Shown: piece after piece, positions 14,361-28,300 of the stretch
Numbering within the stretch: position 1 is the first letter of the stretch
How the letters are laid out: each line of letters begins with the position of its first letter
From: Epiperipatus broadwayi
Taxonomy: Eukaryota > Animalia > Onychophora
Assembly (NCBI GenBank): GCA_028023455.1
Contig: JAQFVV010000010.1
Span: 13,702,001-13,766,000 of the forward strand
Reading direction: 5' to 3'
DNA length: 64,000 nt
Program-made: the position numbers and the translations under genes
The notes under the pieces: generated by a model
Seen by the model: the letters and a program-made list of their open reading frames with translations, nothing else
Databases searched by the model: none
Told to the model about the DNA's origin: nothing

Positions 14361-16605
14361 AGTAATGAGATGGTATTTTCTGCCATTTCATATGTAAATA
14401 CATATATTTAGTTTAGTAATAATGTCATTAGTTTATAATACAATTTTACAAAAATACATTATTTTATTAAGTAATAAGTCATAGATTTATACTTTATGCT
14501 TGTCAAAATTATAATAATAAGATTATGCTAAGCTATATATAACGTAAAGCTATATAAATGATAATTAACAAATTAAAAAGGTTTAGTGCTTTCGACAAAG
14601 TATATTTCTCATAATCATAGCCTGTTATGACTCACTAATTGGAATCATTAAGTATGTGCAATATGCAAACTTTATGTAAATGACTCAATTAGCCCATCTT
14701 TTGGATATAGCAAAACATGATTCTTTGTGATTAATGGTGAAGGAGTCTTCCACTATGAGGTAAGCTTCCTTTATCTTACATTTAACATCATGTCTCTCAG
14801 TATCCAAAAGATGGGCTAATTGACTCATTTGCATAAAGTTTGCATATTGTGCATGCATAATGATTCCAAGGAATGAGTCATAGCAAGCTATGATTATGAG
14901 AAATATACTTTCTCGAAAGCACTAAGCCTTTTTAATTTGTTAATTATCATTTATATAGCTTTACATTATATGTGTGTTAGCATAATCTTATTATTATTTT
15001 ATTAAATCAATTTTTTTTATCTCCCAAAAAATCAGAATTATAAGAATTTATTTAAATTGATTATAATTCAAGATAAACTAGTGTCTTGGTATAAGTTTTT
15101 TGAAAAGCTTTTTTTTGTTGTTGTTGTTTCATGGAAAAAGATGGGTTGAGGGGGAGGGAGAGATTAGAAAGGATTGCAATTAAATTCTATTGTTGAAAGC
15201 AAGCTAAAAAAATGGATTTGAAATTTAAAATATTGTTAGGGTCTATCAGTTGTATATTGCACTAATTAATCAAGAACTTATTCTTAAATTAAAAATTTCT
15301 GAGAAAGAAAAGGACAGAAATTTAAGTGACAAAATTTGGCTTAAAAAAACCAAAAAGGTGTGAATCCTATATGCAAATAAATTGATTAAAAACTGCAGAG
15401 AGAAATGGAGAGAAGAGAAAAATGTATACATTGCAGTTTTTTGTTGGATTAAAATTTTTTCATTGAATGTCTGCATGTTGCTATGAAAATGTTCTCCAGC
15501 TAGAGAGTCAAGGACTTCCCTCCTGGGGAAAACTGTTTCCCAGCCACACCCAGAGTCTCCTAAATGAATTCTATGTATGAAAATAATCAACCAGCTAGCC
15601 AAAGGGCTGAATGGATTCATATCAGAAGCTACAAACTAATGTCACCCATGCACTGTATCCTCATGGTAAAAATTTAACAGCTGATTAACCAGGAGTAATT
15701 ATAAACTGTTTCTAAAGTGAACTTTTATACTATAATTAGGGTGATAGTAACATAGACTCATACAATTCGGTTGGATGTATATTAAAAGTTTCATCAATAG
15801 AGTATGGTATTATTTGAATAGTATTTATCATGTTGTTTTGATTTATTTAAAAGGGGGTAGGTTGCTGTATTGTTTTCTTTTTTTATTATTATTATTTTCT
15901 GTCTTTGTTATACTCATGCATTTTTAGAGGTTAGTTTTGTTATACTCATGCATTTTTAGAGGTTAGTTTCCCAAACGTGAACTGCTCAATTGTGAAAAAA
16001 CAAGGGGGGAGGGAGTATTTAAAATTTCGATAATAACCAAACACAGGGCACTTAAGCCAGAAAAAGTATATCAAAATAAAACAGATAGTCATAAGCAAAC
16101 ACAGGACACTTATGTGTCATTTCATGATCTGTATAAATTATTTAACATTAGTGAAGGTAGACAGTTTGTGTGAAATGCTATAGCTAAATTGCCTAGATGC
16201 TCACCCTTATTTGAACAAGTTATCAACAATAAAATTGGACCATTGTCAGATGTAGTATAGTGATGATATATTTCCTCAGGAAAGGTTATGAAAATATTGC
16301 TTTTGAAATTGATCGAGCCAGTGCAGTGAGGGGAGGATTGGGAAACAAGATAAGTAAAAAGGGTATAATAAAGATTATTGAAGCCATACTTGCATGTCTC
16401 TTTTATTAATTTAAATATAGTATTAACTGCAATTGAGTCCTCTGGAGAAAAAATATATCATAATTATTAGAGTGTGCAAAAGATTACCATATAAAAGATT
16501 ATGTGGCCATGTTATGTATATAAATAACTATGATCGTAGAATAATCTTCTTGATCTAGTGCTAGACTATATGCCTAGTGATGTGCTCATACCAACTACCA
16601 TAACA
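14361..16605 (+). repeat. 3' LTR of the Gypsy element
   Basis: Direct repeat of 7098-9205. Contains its own 33-bp tandem duplication at ~15906-15970. Confidence 0.85.
14471..14992. mobile_element. Palindromic insertion (~40-bp tail plus ~200-bp arms)
   Basis: Arms ~14512-14712 and 14800-15000. 13-bp TSD attattttattaa at 14458-14470 and 14993-15005. Absent from the 5' LTR. Confidence 0.85.
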
Positions 16606-16914
16606 TAAATGGTGTTTTGTATTACCACAGTATTTTAGTATCCATTTAAAATTGAAATAAAACAACTATTGATTGTAAAAGTTCACTTTTAAAAAAGTCA
16701 CATTTTGTCTTTTGATTATAAAAGTTAAATTTTTAAAAAACACTTTCTAAATAAACAAAAATATATTGTAAACTATCTTAATTTAATATATATGATTTTA
16801 CTTTCAAATATTTGAGCTGACAATTGTACAAAGTATCTGAATGTTGAAAATTTTTAAATAACATATGTATATAAAAAAAGGAAGCTTGAACATATGTGTT
16901 CAAATCCCCTATAA

Positions 16915-17190
16915 TTATATAGAAAAATTTATAACCCTTTTATTTACAGGGACTAAAAACTCTAAAAGTAATTGTTTCTTTCAACCACAATTGGGGCTTT
17001 TATACTTAACTTGAAATAAAATCATGGAGAGGGGAGGGTCCAGAAACAAGAGATTGAATTAATTTCTGGACTCCCATGCTTTTATTTCAAGTTAAGTAGA
17101 AAAATTCCAATTGTAATTGTAGAAACAATTACTTTTAGACTTTTTAATCTCCAATAAGTAAAAATACTTGTTATAAATTTTATTTTATAT
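16915..17190. repeat. Diverged inverted repeat (~120-bp arms)
   Basis: ctctaaaagtaattgtttct..cttaacttgaaataaa..ccagaaa versus tttctgg..tttatttcaagttaag..agaaacaattacttttaga. TSD not resolved. Confidence 0.7.
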
Positions 17191-17542
17191 ATATTATCTT
17201 ACTTAACATTATTGTAAAAGGTTAAAAAAGAGAGAGGAATGGGATTATTTCCATAAACAAAATGCACTATAGAATGTTTTATCGATGTTGAGTCGAAGTA
17301 CTAATGGTTTTTTGTTCTTTTTTCAAAATAAACAAACTACTATACACACCAATAAGTTTTATTATAATAAAGCTTCTTGCTTCCTTAAGTTATATGATTA
17401 TCTCAAAGTTGTGCTTATATGTATCTATGTTAACTTCTCTGCTCAAAAACAGATTTAGTATTCCAGATATTTGATAATATTTGATCTCTATTGATGATAG
17501 CTTGCTAATACTTTTCATTTTTTTAACAATTTATTCTAACAT

Positions 17543-17881
17543 TTGTCTGAATGTTTGTGATATGTTGGATTATTTCCATCATTTATGAGTAAATGTTGAA
17601 TGTATAGAAAGTTTTAAACTTTATTTAAACTTTCCAAATACAAACAACTTGTTAGTAATAACACGCAAATACACAAGTTAGTTTTGAGTATTATTTTCCA
17701 CCTGAAGAAGAGTGGAGAATACTACTATTTGAAAGATTGTGTAATTACTAACCTGTGTTGTGTATTTGTGCGTTTTTACTAACAAGTTGTTTGTATTTGG
17801 AAAGTTTAAATAAAGTTTAAAATTTTCTATACATTCAACATTCACTCATAGATTATGAAAATAGTCCAACATATCACATCT
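17543..17881. mobile_element. Palindromic insertion with a degenerate HHR in the loop
   Basis: Arms ~17557-17678 and 17755-17878. 15-bp TSD aatttattctaacat at 17528-17542 and 17882-17896. Loop has cac-ctgaagaag-agtgg..ctact-atttgaaa..gtg at ~17700-17740. Confidence 0.8.
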
Positions 17882-18645
17882 AATTTATTCTAACATCTCA
17901 ATTTTAACATTATTATTGTTACTAAATTTTATTCAGTTTTCTTCAAATAAGATATTTAAAAATGTTGATTTACAATAAATTTTGAAAGAAATAAGGCTTT
18001 TTTTTCTCTCTCTCATTATAGATGTTTTGTTTAAATGAATACTAATCTATCTAAGTGAAAAGAAATTTATATAATGGTTCAAAGTCACATGCAGTGTGTT
18101 GTTAACGTTTTTTAAAAAAATCTGAGTAGTTAATACAGTAAAAGTTGTATGTTTAGAGCTGTTAATAATTTACATTTTATATTTAAATTATTTATTCATC
18201 AAGAAAAAGTTTTTGACAATTTATATATAGATGTCTGTTGTAGTTCTATCGAATACATGACAGGAAAACATTTAAATCCTTTATATAGTTGATGGATAGC
18301 TTCAAATATATTGTAGCAATAGCTATAGAATATACTGAAAGGATGTTCTTATTCTTTAAATGGAAATATTTATTTATTTTATGAAATTAAGCATTTACCA
18401 TTAGATTACCACCACCATTATTATTTCCATTAAATAATGACTAAAATATTGTTTTTAATGTTAGAATAACATTTCATGAGATATTATTCCTTATTTGCTT
18501 AAATATAAATCCCATTCATTATCTCATGGCCTTTCAATCTCTTATTCTACTTTCCAACATTCATAGCTAATTCAGTCTATAAAATGATTAAACATCTTGT
18601 TATTCATGTATCTTTTTGTTATCCCTTTCCCAATCCTATTTCTCT

Positions 18646-19035
18646 CCTTTCAACACTTGCACATTACAATCCTTAAATAGATCTTTTCAACACTTCCACG
18701 TTACTATCCTTAAATAGATCTTTTCAACACTTCCATGTTACTATCCTTAAATAGATCTTTTCAACACTTCCATGTTACTGTACTTAAATACATCTTTTCA
18801 ACATTTGCATGTTACTATCCTTAAATAGATCTTTTCAACACTTCCACGTTACTATCCTTAAATAGATCTTTTCAACACTTCCACATTACTATCCTTAAAT
18901 AGATCTTTTCAACACTTCCACGTTACTATCTTAAATAGATCTTTTCAACACTTCCATGTTACTATCCTTAAATAGATCTTTTCAACACTTCCATGTTACT
19001 ATCCTTAAATAGATCTTTTCCACACTTCTACATTA
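18646..19035. repeat. 37-bp minisatellite, about 10.5 copies
   Basis: Unit cttttcaacacttccaYgttactatccttaaatagat starts at 18646, 18683, 18720, 18757 and so on. Confidence 0.95.
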
Positions 19036-21438
19036 TTGTTAAATATATCTTCTCACTTTTCCAAACTCTCAAAGTTAATTCTTTATATAAAGCTAAACTC
19101 AAAACATTTAATAAGCCCTTTTTTTATATTAATGCGCCCGAAATTAAGCCACCCTTTCTAAAACTCATTTCTCCATTGTTAGTTGGAAGATTAAATAAAA
19201 TTGGGAAATCCTAATCATAGAGTGATTGGCTGGGCTATTGATCAGTGCTTCTCTTTTTTTGGACCTTGGAGTAACTGTCTAGAATCATTTCCACAACATT
19301 AGCAAGTCTAATGAATGAATTTTTCTAGTCATTCCAACCCCCATTTCTATCTAAATTATCTATATTTATGCAACAATTGATAATATTCAAATAAAATGAA
19401 ATAAAATCTCTCAAATAGTAGCTGTTAATTGAAATGTTATCAATTCACAATGCTTTGCAAATTTTCATTACAGCTACAACTTTTACATACTCACTCCATC
19501 ATTAGTATAACATATTTTTATCAATTGAATATTTTTTAAAAATATATCTGCTATCTTGTAATACTATCTTCTTTTTTTTCATTTGGTGCTTCTCTTTTGC
19601 AATCTTTGCTTTTCACTTCAAATTGTTTAACTTTATTATATATTAAATCAAATATACTCTTCTTCTTATGTAATTTCCATGACTTGCCATACTTCTCTTT
19701 AAACCACATCTGCTTGATATATCAGTTTAATGTTAAGTTTTCTATACCCTTCAGGAATTATAGTTTTCCTTTTTTTCTCTACAAATTAATAAAACATTTT
19801 ATTATTAAACTAAAGTCTTTAAAATTTTCTTGAAAAATTAAATCATTTGTAGTTTTGAAATTACCCATTCGTTTTCTTAGCCAGCAATTTTCTTTTTCCT
19901 GATATTTCACATTTAATTTAACATATTTTTTTGTAGTTGCTAAAGACATATTCAACTTTCAACTTCGATTTTACCTTTGCTAAATTATCTAAATTTATAT
20001 TAGTTCCAAGGGAGTGGGAAGGTTTATTTATTTTACCTATAAATGAAGGACAAGAATGTGCAATTTTTTATTACATTTCCTTATGTAACTGAAATCTTTT
20101 TCCAAACACATTGAACTTTTCATTTCAATTCTTCTGTAATATATGATTATAACAGCATATTATTTTCTCTAAAAAAACATACTAATCTTTCATTTCTTAT
20201 CTCTATTTTATAATTTTTCTAAATTCTTCCACGGCACACCACATCATTTTAATATCCCATCTTTATGCTGTCATCTTTTTTTACTATTTTTTAAATTCAT
20301 TTTCAATTATTATTATTATGCCTGCTTATAAATTCTTTTTTGCTTTTGATCCGTGACATTCATTATTCTGTTTTTCCACTATAATAACTTTTTCCCTCCC
20401 TTTATTTTTCATTTCACAGACCAATCATTTAATTTCATCGAGACTCTAGTCTACATTCATTTTGGATCATGTGTATTTTATTACCGATGTAAATTACAAT
20501 GTTAATCTATCATTAAATAAGAAAGCCATTTTTTTGCTGTTTGTCAGATAGTTGTTGATGTGTAACTGAAGTCATTAGTAATATTGACACTATGATTGAA
20601 TATTTAATTATATTTAGAATTTATTGTAAATAATTCTGATTCAAAGTCTTATATTAGAAAAAATGATTTTATTGCGGTATTTTTCAGAAATAATTATGAC
20701 AAATTCTTAATATTTTACCATTACTACATTTGATTATTTTAGAGTTGCAATTTTTCTTGAGTCTTTTTTTTTTTTAATTTAAACTTGAAATTTGTCTTTT
20801 TAAAAAAAACAAAGAAATTAGTATGCTTATCTGATATGAGCACCATTTTTCTATTTTATCTTTTGGAAAAGAAAAACTTTTATTCACTACAATATATAAT
20901 CAATAAACTTGCTTTTCTTCATTATATTAAAATAAATATACAGTATTTATGTCTTTAGAACCCAATATTAATTTTAAATACATATTTTGTTAAGCTTTAC
21001 AGCATATTGATGTTTTAAAAGCACTGAAAATGTATAAAGAAGGAGAGTGTATGTTAAATTGTTTTCAATTAAAAAAATTGCTAATCCAGAAAAGTTCTTA
21101 AACCAAGAAAACTAGATTAATGGAATTATATCTGAATTTGGCTTCAATAGATGATCAATTCATAATTTATCTCTCTCAATTCTTTTTCTATCAATTAGAT
21201 AATTAATAATATAACTATTATAGATTCAACCTGTATTAAGCACATCCCTCTTCTGTGTATTAAATGGTTAAAGTCCTATATCTGAGGGGTCAGATTGACT
21301 TAAAGATAACATGGGCATGACAATAATATTGGCATCAATAAGGAATTTGGATGTGGATATCTGAAAAGTTGGAGAATGAAGTAGATTGAAGTCTTTCCAT
21401 TAGTTTGAAAATTTTCTTAATATAAACCAAGCACTGAT

Positions 21439-21439
<1 letters not shown>

Positions 21440-21471
<32 letters not shown>

Positions 21472-21625
21472 AGGAGATGATGATCTGAAGCAAATGATGA
21501 GTGCTGGTTCAGCATGAAATACATTTATTGGAGATCATTTATCTGTTTCACATGTGGTCATGTCTATCAGTTGTATAAGATAAACACAGTTGGCTGAAGA
21601 GAGCTTAAAAGTCTGTGTTCAAATC
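21440..21625 (+). mobile_element. Single-arm copy of the HHR plus tRNA-like family (same as 33790-34235)
   Basis: (TA)n(TG)n, then caaatgatga-gtgct-ggttc-agcat-gaaatacatttattgg at 21491-21531, then a B-box-like gtgttcaaatcc at ~21615. Confidence 0.65.
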
Positions 21626-21670
21626 CTTTATAATTTAATAATATAAAATATCTTGGCTATAAAATAATAC

Positions 21671-21957
21671 CAAAATCACACTTTTCTTTATTTTTGCCGT
21701 AATATCCTATAAATACAATTTATCCAAATTGCTTCAAATACTTTTTAGGAAAACTCTTTATTTGTACATATACATACACCTACGTTTCGACTGACCTGCA
21801 GTCTTCTTCAGAGTAAGTTTATTTTTATTTTTTTTAAAAGATCAAAATAAACTTGCTCTGAAGAAGACTGCAAGTCAGTCAAAACGTAGGTGTATGTATA
21901 TGTACAAATAAAGAGTTTTGCTAAAAAATGTTTGAAATGGTTTGGATAAATTGTATT
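21671..21957. mobile_element. HHR palindrome family A1 (tail plus ~105-bp arms)
   Basis: Arms ~21706-21812 and 21845-21960. TSD tataaaataatac at 21658-21670 and 21958-21970. HHR motifs at 21781-21811 (-) and 21858-21888 (+). Same arms and tail as 49902-52137. Confidence 0.9.
21781..21811 (-). ncRNA. Minimal hammerhead ribozyme, core intact
   Basis: CUGAAGA-A-GACUG-CAGGU-CAGUC-GAAAC-GUA, with short stem I (UACU/GGUG) and no helix III loop, so dimer-type. Confidence 0.7.
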
Positions 21958-22399
21958 TATAAAATAATACATATGAAATTATTTTTTCTGTTTTTTATTC
22001 AAATTTTAATCACTTGCTCAGTTTATTTATAAGAATTGATAAGCAATTTTATGAAATTATTATAAATATATATTCAGATCTTACACAAAAATGTTATGGA
22101 TTACATATATATTATCATATAGAAATAAGTGTGCATTTATATAAAAAAATAATCATATAGTTAGTTGCTTGGAAGTTCATATGAAATTCAAGCACTGCGA
22201 GACTGAAACCCTTCACCTTTAGAGCCATCACCTAACCATTGCTTTAAAGCATGCACATTACACCCACACACACATATATATATACAGTACTAAAAAAAAG
22301 TATAATAAAAGCTGTTAATGTAAGATGTGAATTGCTGTAATAAGAGTATAGAACAATATCTAATATGGCTAGAAATGAGAATCTCATTTCTCGGAAGTA

Positions 22400-23460
22400 A
22401 TTTCCTGAATCTTGGAATAAGATTAGGGCATTTCAGAAACAAAAAATGTTCTAGGAGATTTAAAACTATATTTTTTGCTAGAATAGAACCAATCAAATAA
22501 TTCCAGAGCTATATTTGTATGCCTCTGAAGGTGTGAAAGCAAATATAAGAAAAATCGAGCAGATGATCTGGATCTTGGCAAGACTTTAAATTTTTCTTTT
22601 TTTAGTTTTAAATATAATTACTGAAGCTAGACACCCCTATCGAAAAAATTCATGCTAATGCAAGACTAAGCACTCATTCTAAAGTAAATAACTAAAAACA
22701 AACTCATTCACAAAACCTGTTGTGTCAAAACAAAATTTCTTGATAGACCTTATACATGATCACCAGCAGTAAATGATTCATGAATTAAAAAATAAAGTCA
22801 TACAAGGCTTGCCAATAAACAGTCAAATTATTTAGTGTCATGACCAAATCCAATGAGGCCATCACAATATACATATTGATTATGTTGGGCCATTTAAAGA
22901 TGACTTTTTTCTAGTAATAATTGAAGCAAAATCTAGGTTGGCAACTCAGAAGAGACAAGACAAAACATTTGCCTGCCATGGTTTTTCAGAAACAATTTCT
23001 GATAATAGGTTTACATATCAAGAAATATGCAAATACATACAGAAAGGGAGATCAGACATTCTTAAGCTATTTTATCACACCCAGTTAAATGAATTCATTA
23101 AAAAAAATATTCTAGGAGTTAAATAGATATCGAGTAAACAAAGTAATCAATGAGTATGAAGCAATCAACTCCGCTGTTGTTCCTAGACTTTTACTTCAGA
23201 AAATTTGCAGTGGAACTTTTAATAGCCAAAAGATTATGCCCTAATATTTTCCTACTGGTTATTCGTCTTGAAGAATTGATAACTTGCCCAAATAGGAAGA
23301 ACAAGTTTCAAATAAGTAAAAGAAAGTATAGATTTAAATGTCTGTAATGATAAAATTGTTGGAAGAATAAAGTGTAATATGAATCCTCTCAAGGTAATTC
23401 ATAATATATAGATGATGTTGTTGCTAGGAAGATGTGAATCATGAAGGCACAACACCAAAT
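22400..23460 (+). pseudogene. Highly decayed non-LTR reverse transcriptase remnant
   Basis: LFLDF (~23175) and YIDDVV (~23410) RT-like motifs at plausible spacing. Clade not assignable. Confidence 0.45.
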
Positions 23461-23789
23461 ATGTCTAATGCTCTAAAACAGTGAAGATAGACCATGAATG
23501 TGACAAATATATTAGTAGAAGAGAAAGAAGAGTATATCTTGGGGACAATAATCTAAAAGTGCCATCATAGCCATAAATTGATGAAAATGATCCTAACAGT
23601 TTCTTTGAGATCTTTAGAAGAGGAATACAGAACAATATCAACAACCAAACCATCAAGCTATATAATTCCTAAATATCTACACAAATATATATATATATAT
23701 ATATATATGCAAAACCATAAAACAATACATATATATATATATATGCAAAACCATAAAACAATACAATACTAGATTAAATTCAAAATTTT

Positions 23790-25243
23790 ACCAAAATCCT
23801 TACACAACCATGGTTCCATCTACTACAAATAGACCTTCTCAAGTGAAAATCAAACTAAAAGAAAATAACATATATATGCAAACAAACAAACCTTCCTATA
23901 ATTCATTTCAAACTCTACCTTCCCTTAATATCAAAAGAAGTCTTCATAAGATTGATAGCCTCAGAATCAAGAAGTTTTATCATCAAAGTCTCCTTTATTC
24001 TTCTTTTTAACTCATTCTTTTCATAAAAAATAACTGAAGCATTGTCAAACAATATTCTATGACCCATATTCAATTTATGAATATATAAAACTGAGTTAAG
24101 ATACCTATGTTTAACTCTACTTATATGAACCATAACCCTTTCATTATGGCTAAACTTACTCTGGCCTACATAAAATTTACCACAACTACATGGAATCTTA
24201 TAAGCAATACCAGGAATAGACTGTTTTGAACCATTAAGTAACGAATTCAAATCCGAACCTTTCTTCCATGCAACCTTCATTCCACCTAACAAATGACTAT
24301 TCCTATAAACCAAATTATATATTGAAGCCTTAAATGGTAAAGACATATAATCATTATCCTTGCCAACAAAATTCTTACTATCAAAATCACGACTATAAAC
24401 ATTATTATTAAATACAACTTTTTTAATAAATTCATGACTATAACTCAATTCTACATATTCACCAGCAAATTGAATTCTTCTTTGAATATCAGCATTATTA
24501 TTAAAATTATTAAGCCTTCTATTCCTACAACAAAAATTCAACAAAGACATTTTTTTATGTATAAAAGGCTGATAACTATCAGGCCTAATCATATTTCTCA
24601 AATTTTTTGGTTTTATAAAATGACTACAAAACAAAACATTTAAATCTAAAAACTTTAATTTTACAAAATCAAAACTACCCCCCTCAATTGTATTCTTAAT
24701 ACTAGAATCAAAAACATTCAATCCACATAAAAACTCTTCTAATTTCTCTTTCTGAATAACAAACAATCATCAACATACCTAACAAATAATTTAATAGAAC
24801 ATGAAAACAGATTAATAACACTACACTCCAAATAATCAATATAGACAGCACACATCAATGGAGAAATAACATAACCAATAACTCAACCTTCTCTAATCTT
24901 ATAAAACACATTATTAGACATAAAATACATTGAATCCTCTAACAGAAAACACAAATCATGAAAAACCTTAATCTTATTTGCAGAAAAACATTCCAATTTA
25001 TTTAAAATTGAAAGAAAAACATCAATACTTTTTAATCTATTAACCGATTGGTACATATTTTCAATGTCTAAAACTACCAAAAACACAATCATCATCCAAA
25101 ACAAAACCATTTATTTTCTTAAAAGCCTCAAAAGAAGAAGAAACACAAAATTGACCCAATTTTATATAATCCTTAAAATATCTTATAATAAATTTTGATA
25201 TTTTATCAACAATTCCTCCTGTAAAATCAAAAATACATCTCAA
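23790..25243 (-). mobile_element. Penelope-like element, 5'-truncated (RT, GIY-YIG, 3' HHR)
   Basis: RT motifs VLDIENMY, FYKIREG*VIGYVISPLM and FVRYVDDC. ORF 23915-24766 ends PGIAYKIPCSCGKFYVGQS...ERVMVH...KRRIKETLMIK (GIY-YIG). Confidence 0.93.
23805..23845 (-). ncRNA. Degenerate PLE hammerhead motif
   Basis: cacttgagaag-gtctatt-tgt-agtagat-ggaaccatggttg, homologous to 2332-2378 and ~70 nt 3' of the endonuclease stop. Confidence 0.45.
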
Positions 25244-25274
25244 AGGAAAATTATCTTTATGAGATTAATCTTTA

Positions 25275-25319
25275 TAGATTAAAAAGTATTGATGTTTTTA
25301 TTTCAATTTTAAATAAATT
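25275..25319 (+). repeat. Short inverted copy of an internal PLE RT segment at the 5' truncation point
   Basis: Reverse complement of 24995-25039. Confidence 0.8.
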
Positions 25320-28300
25320 TCTGTCTGAAATATATATTGCTATAACAACTTGTGACACTACTCAATCACATTCACGATGTTGGTTGACATAGCCTCACCA
25401 TATTTCATTCAGTGATTATTGCCTTGATTTGTGATATTACTTGCCATGAAAAAAATTTCTTATGGATTTGCATTTGGCTTCATATCTGCATTTCATTCCT
25501 TATGGACTGCTTTCATTTAACATCTTTACTAGTATAAATCAGTTCTTGCTTGCTGAAACAAATGATTTTCATGCTCTTATTTAAAAAATTCTTGTTATAA
25601 AGACATTTTAGTATTTTATTTCGTATGAATTTGTGTTTAGTCCCACATCTGCATACATTTTTTTGGATTGCTTTTATTTAATACACAACCATCAATCACT
25701 TTCTTATGGATTACTTTTAGTATTGCTTGCTTGTTAAAATGTTAGATATTTATATGCTTTAATTTAATTTCTCATTGTCCAGTAACATAATTTCAAAGTA
25801 AAATATGGAATAAGACCTATTCATTCTGTATCACTTTAGTTGCTAATTATATTATTTTTATGCTTTTATTACAATTCTTAAAATAAATTCAGTAATAGAT
25901 AAATATTTTCTTTGTTGAATAAATTGTTTTCATTATTTCATATATTATTATGCTTTTATTTAACACACCATATATATATAACAATATTCACTAGAACTAC
26001 AAAATTTTAAAAAATGCCTGTATAAAATTAAAGATTAAAATTCTTTGCTATAGCTAGCTTCGTCGTATTCTGCCATCTTAAGTAGCAATACGTTAATATT
26101 TAAATATTATTAAACTCTCATACCAGTAACGTTCCCACGTGAATATATATATATATAATTTCTTAACAATTAGTTTTTTTTCTTCTGATCACAGATGTAT
26201 ATTATAAGCATCACTTGATACCAACTTTTCAATACAATATGATTGTAAATTTAGTTTTTGCTATTGTGCTCAAAGCTTCAAAAACAAAATACACTTCCAG
26301 TTTTCAGAGAACGAATTCCCTGTTAAATAAAAAATTCCAATCTATCATTACAAAAACACAATTTAAATGACCATCTAGTAATCTTATGCTTCTAGATATT
26401 GGAGTGTACCTGGGCATCATCCATAAGTTTCATAATGAAAATATATTGATAAAATATTTCCTTATGGTACTAATTTGCAAATGTTCATCCTGGCTAATTT
26501 TTTTAGAGTAGTTATCTCAAATCTTTCTAATTAAATTATATTAGCTGACAAGTTGTCATGGTATAGACAAATATCAAAGTTTTTAAGGCATATTAAGGAA
26601 ATACTTAGAAATCCTTAATAGTAATAATTGTATAATGGATTTAATAAAGCTTTTTAATACCAAGATTAGTATTAGCAATTTATTGTGGCAAATACCTGTA
26701 ATATACATGATGACTTAGTTTTAATTATAGAATTTTAGTTTATTTTAATTATTTACTGTACTGAATATATGAGTCAAAGTTATAAATAGTGGTTTATAGC
26801 TTTAGTAAATTATTAAGAAAGAAAAAAAATTAACTTGCCAAAATATCACATGATCATCATCTCTTACTTGCCAAAATAATGATAAAACCTTGATGATCTG
26901 CATAATTTTCATTATATTTATTTTTGTATAAATAAATACAATCTAGGATCTAGGGCTGTTTCACAGATTCAGTTTTAGGAGATCTAGTCAGAAATCTTAT
27001 CCCTTTTGTTATCTAGAATGGCATGTTAAAGGCTTTTTCTCAGAAAATCAGAATATCACTTCCAAGAAGTGCCATGCTTTACACATGCATTGTATAATTA
27101 ACATATTCTCCCCCCCCCCAGTATTTAAACAAATCTATTTTCCTTAAACTAATTAATATATTATTATTTATGTGCACTTTCAATTTATACAAATAGGGAC
27201 GAAGTGTCAATGTATTGAACAGAACGAGTGCTTCGTAGAAAAATTCACTAAAACTTTCAAAAGCTTTAATTAAAATTCAATTTAAAAAATTCACTTTCAA
27301 TTTTTTTATTAATAGTTGAATTGTTTTTATATACGGAAGGAATGAACTTGACTAATGCATTCTCGTAGATTATAAGAAGTTCAAACAATGCTAAGATCTA
27401 TTTACAGTTAAAACTTTTAAGAATGTTAAAAGGATTTGGAAGATAAAAATATATTCTCTGATTTACAGATAAGAGAGTTTCAGATTTTTCTAGATGTGTA
27501 ATATGTATATTAGACGCTATTATGTAAAAATTGTTGTGGCAAGTAAAATAAATAATATAAAAAAAGAAGTGTGCTTCCGTTCCTAAAAAAGTCATGCTTC
27601 ATCAATGATTTATAGGTATGTGTGCACTTATTTGTAAATTATATATATATACGTAATTTATAAACATCGATCTCTATATTTTCTATTCATTAGCAACAGC
27701 CTCTCACAAAAGAGAATGGCTTCTTCAATTCCAAGATTAAAAAAAAAAAGATTAAAAAAATAGGGATACATTTTGTGATGACTGTATGAATCTAATCTAT
27801 GAAACACAAATAACTCTGCATACAGAACATGTTAATCCATTATTCTATTTACTTGACATTTTATGATGCTGATTTTCAAACTTCTACTGTAAACTTTTCA
27901 AATCCTGTCTCCATTATATTCTATCTTCAAACACAATCAATATTGTAAATTTTTTTTGCCAACTGTGAGATAATCTTTATAATGTAAACAAGATCTGCCC
28001 CTCTCATATCATTCTAATGACTTTACATTAAACCAATAAGAATTCCACATCTCATTTCCATACAATAAATTACATATAATAAAGCAGCTTTTTTTTGTGG
28101 TAAATATATTTTTCAATAAAATGTCATCTTTTAATTTGATAAAAACAAAGTCTGCATATTAATACGAGTTGTTGCACCTCAATATCTAAATCCACCTTTC
28201 TACTTAAAAAGTTATCAAGGTAATGAAATTGATAGCATATCCATTCAAGTTAAAGATTGTTGGATATGGCTGGTACAAGACCTAACTTTTTTTAGTTCTG

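Noticed and set aside
18646-19035. CRISPR-like 37-bp periodicity
   Set aside because: Units are contiguous with no unique spacers, there are no cas genes, and the context is eukaryotic.
19200-20450. Possible minus-strand retroelement coding remnant
   Set aside because: Strand skew is suggestive, but no RT or endonuclease motif could be read.
21469-21515. ag|GAGATGATGAT as DCAF5 exon 2 (GDD)
   Set aside because: It lies upstream of exon 1, continues LKQMM* rather than RRVLLW, and is part of a family B repeat.
22195-22260. tRNA-like A and B boxes on the minus strand
   Set aside because: Too degenerate and no TSD found. Possibly an old SINE, not a tRNA gene. The same applies to ~44437-44490.
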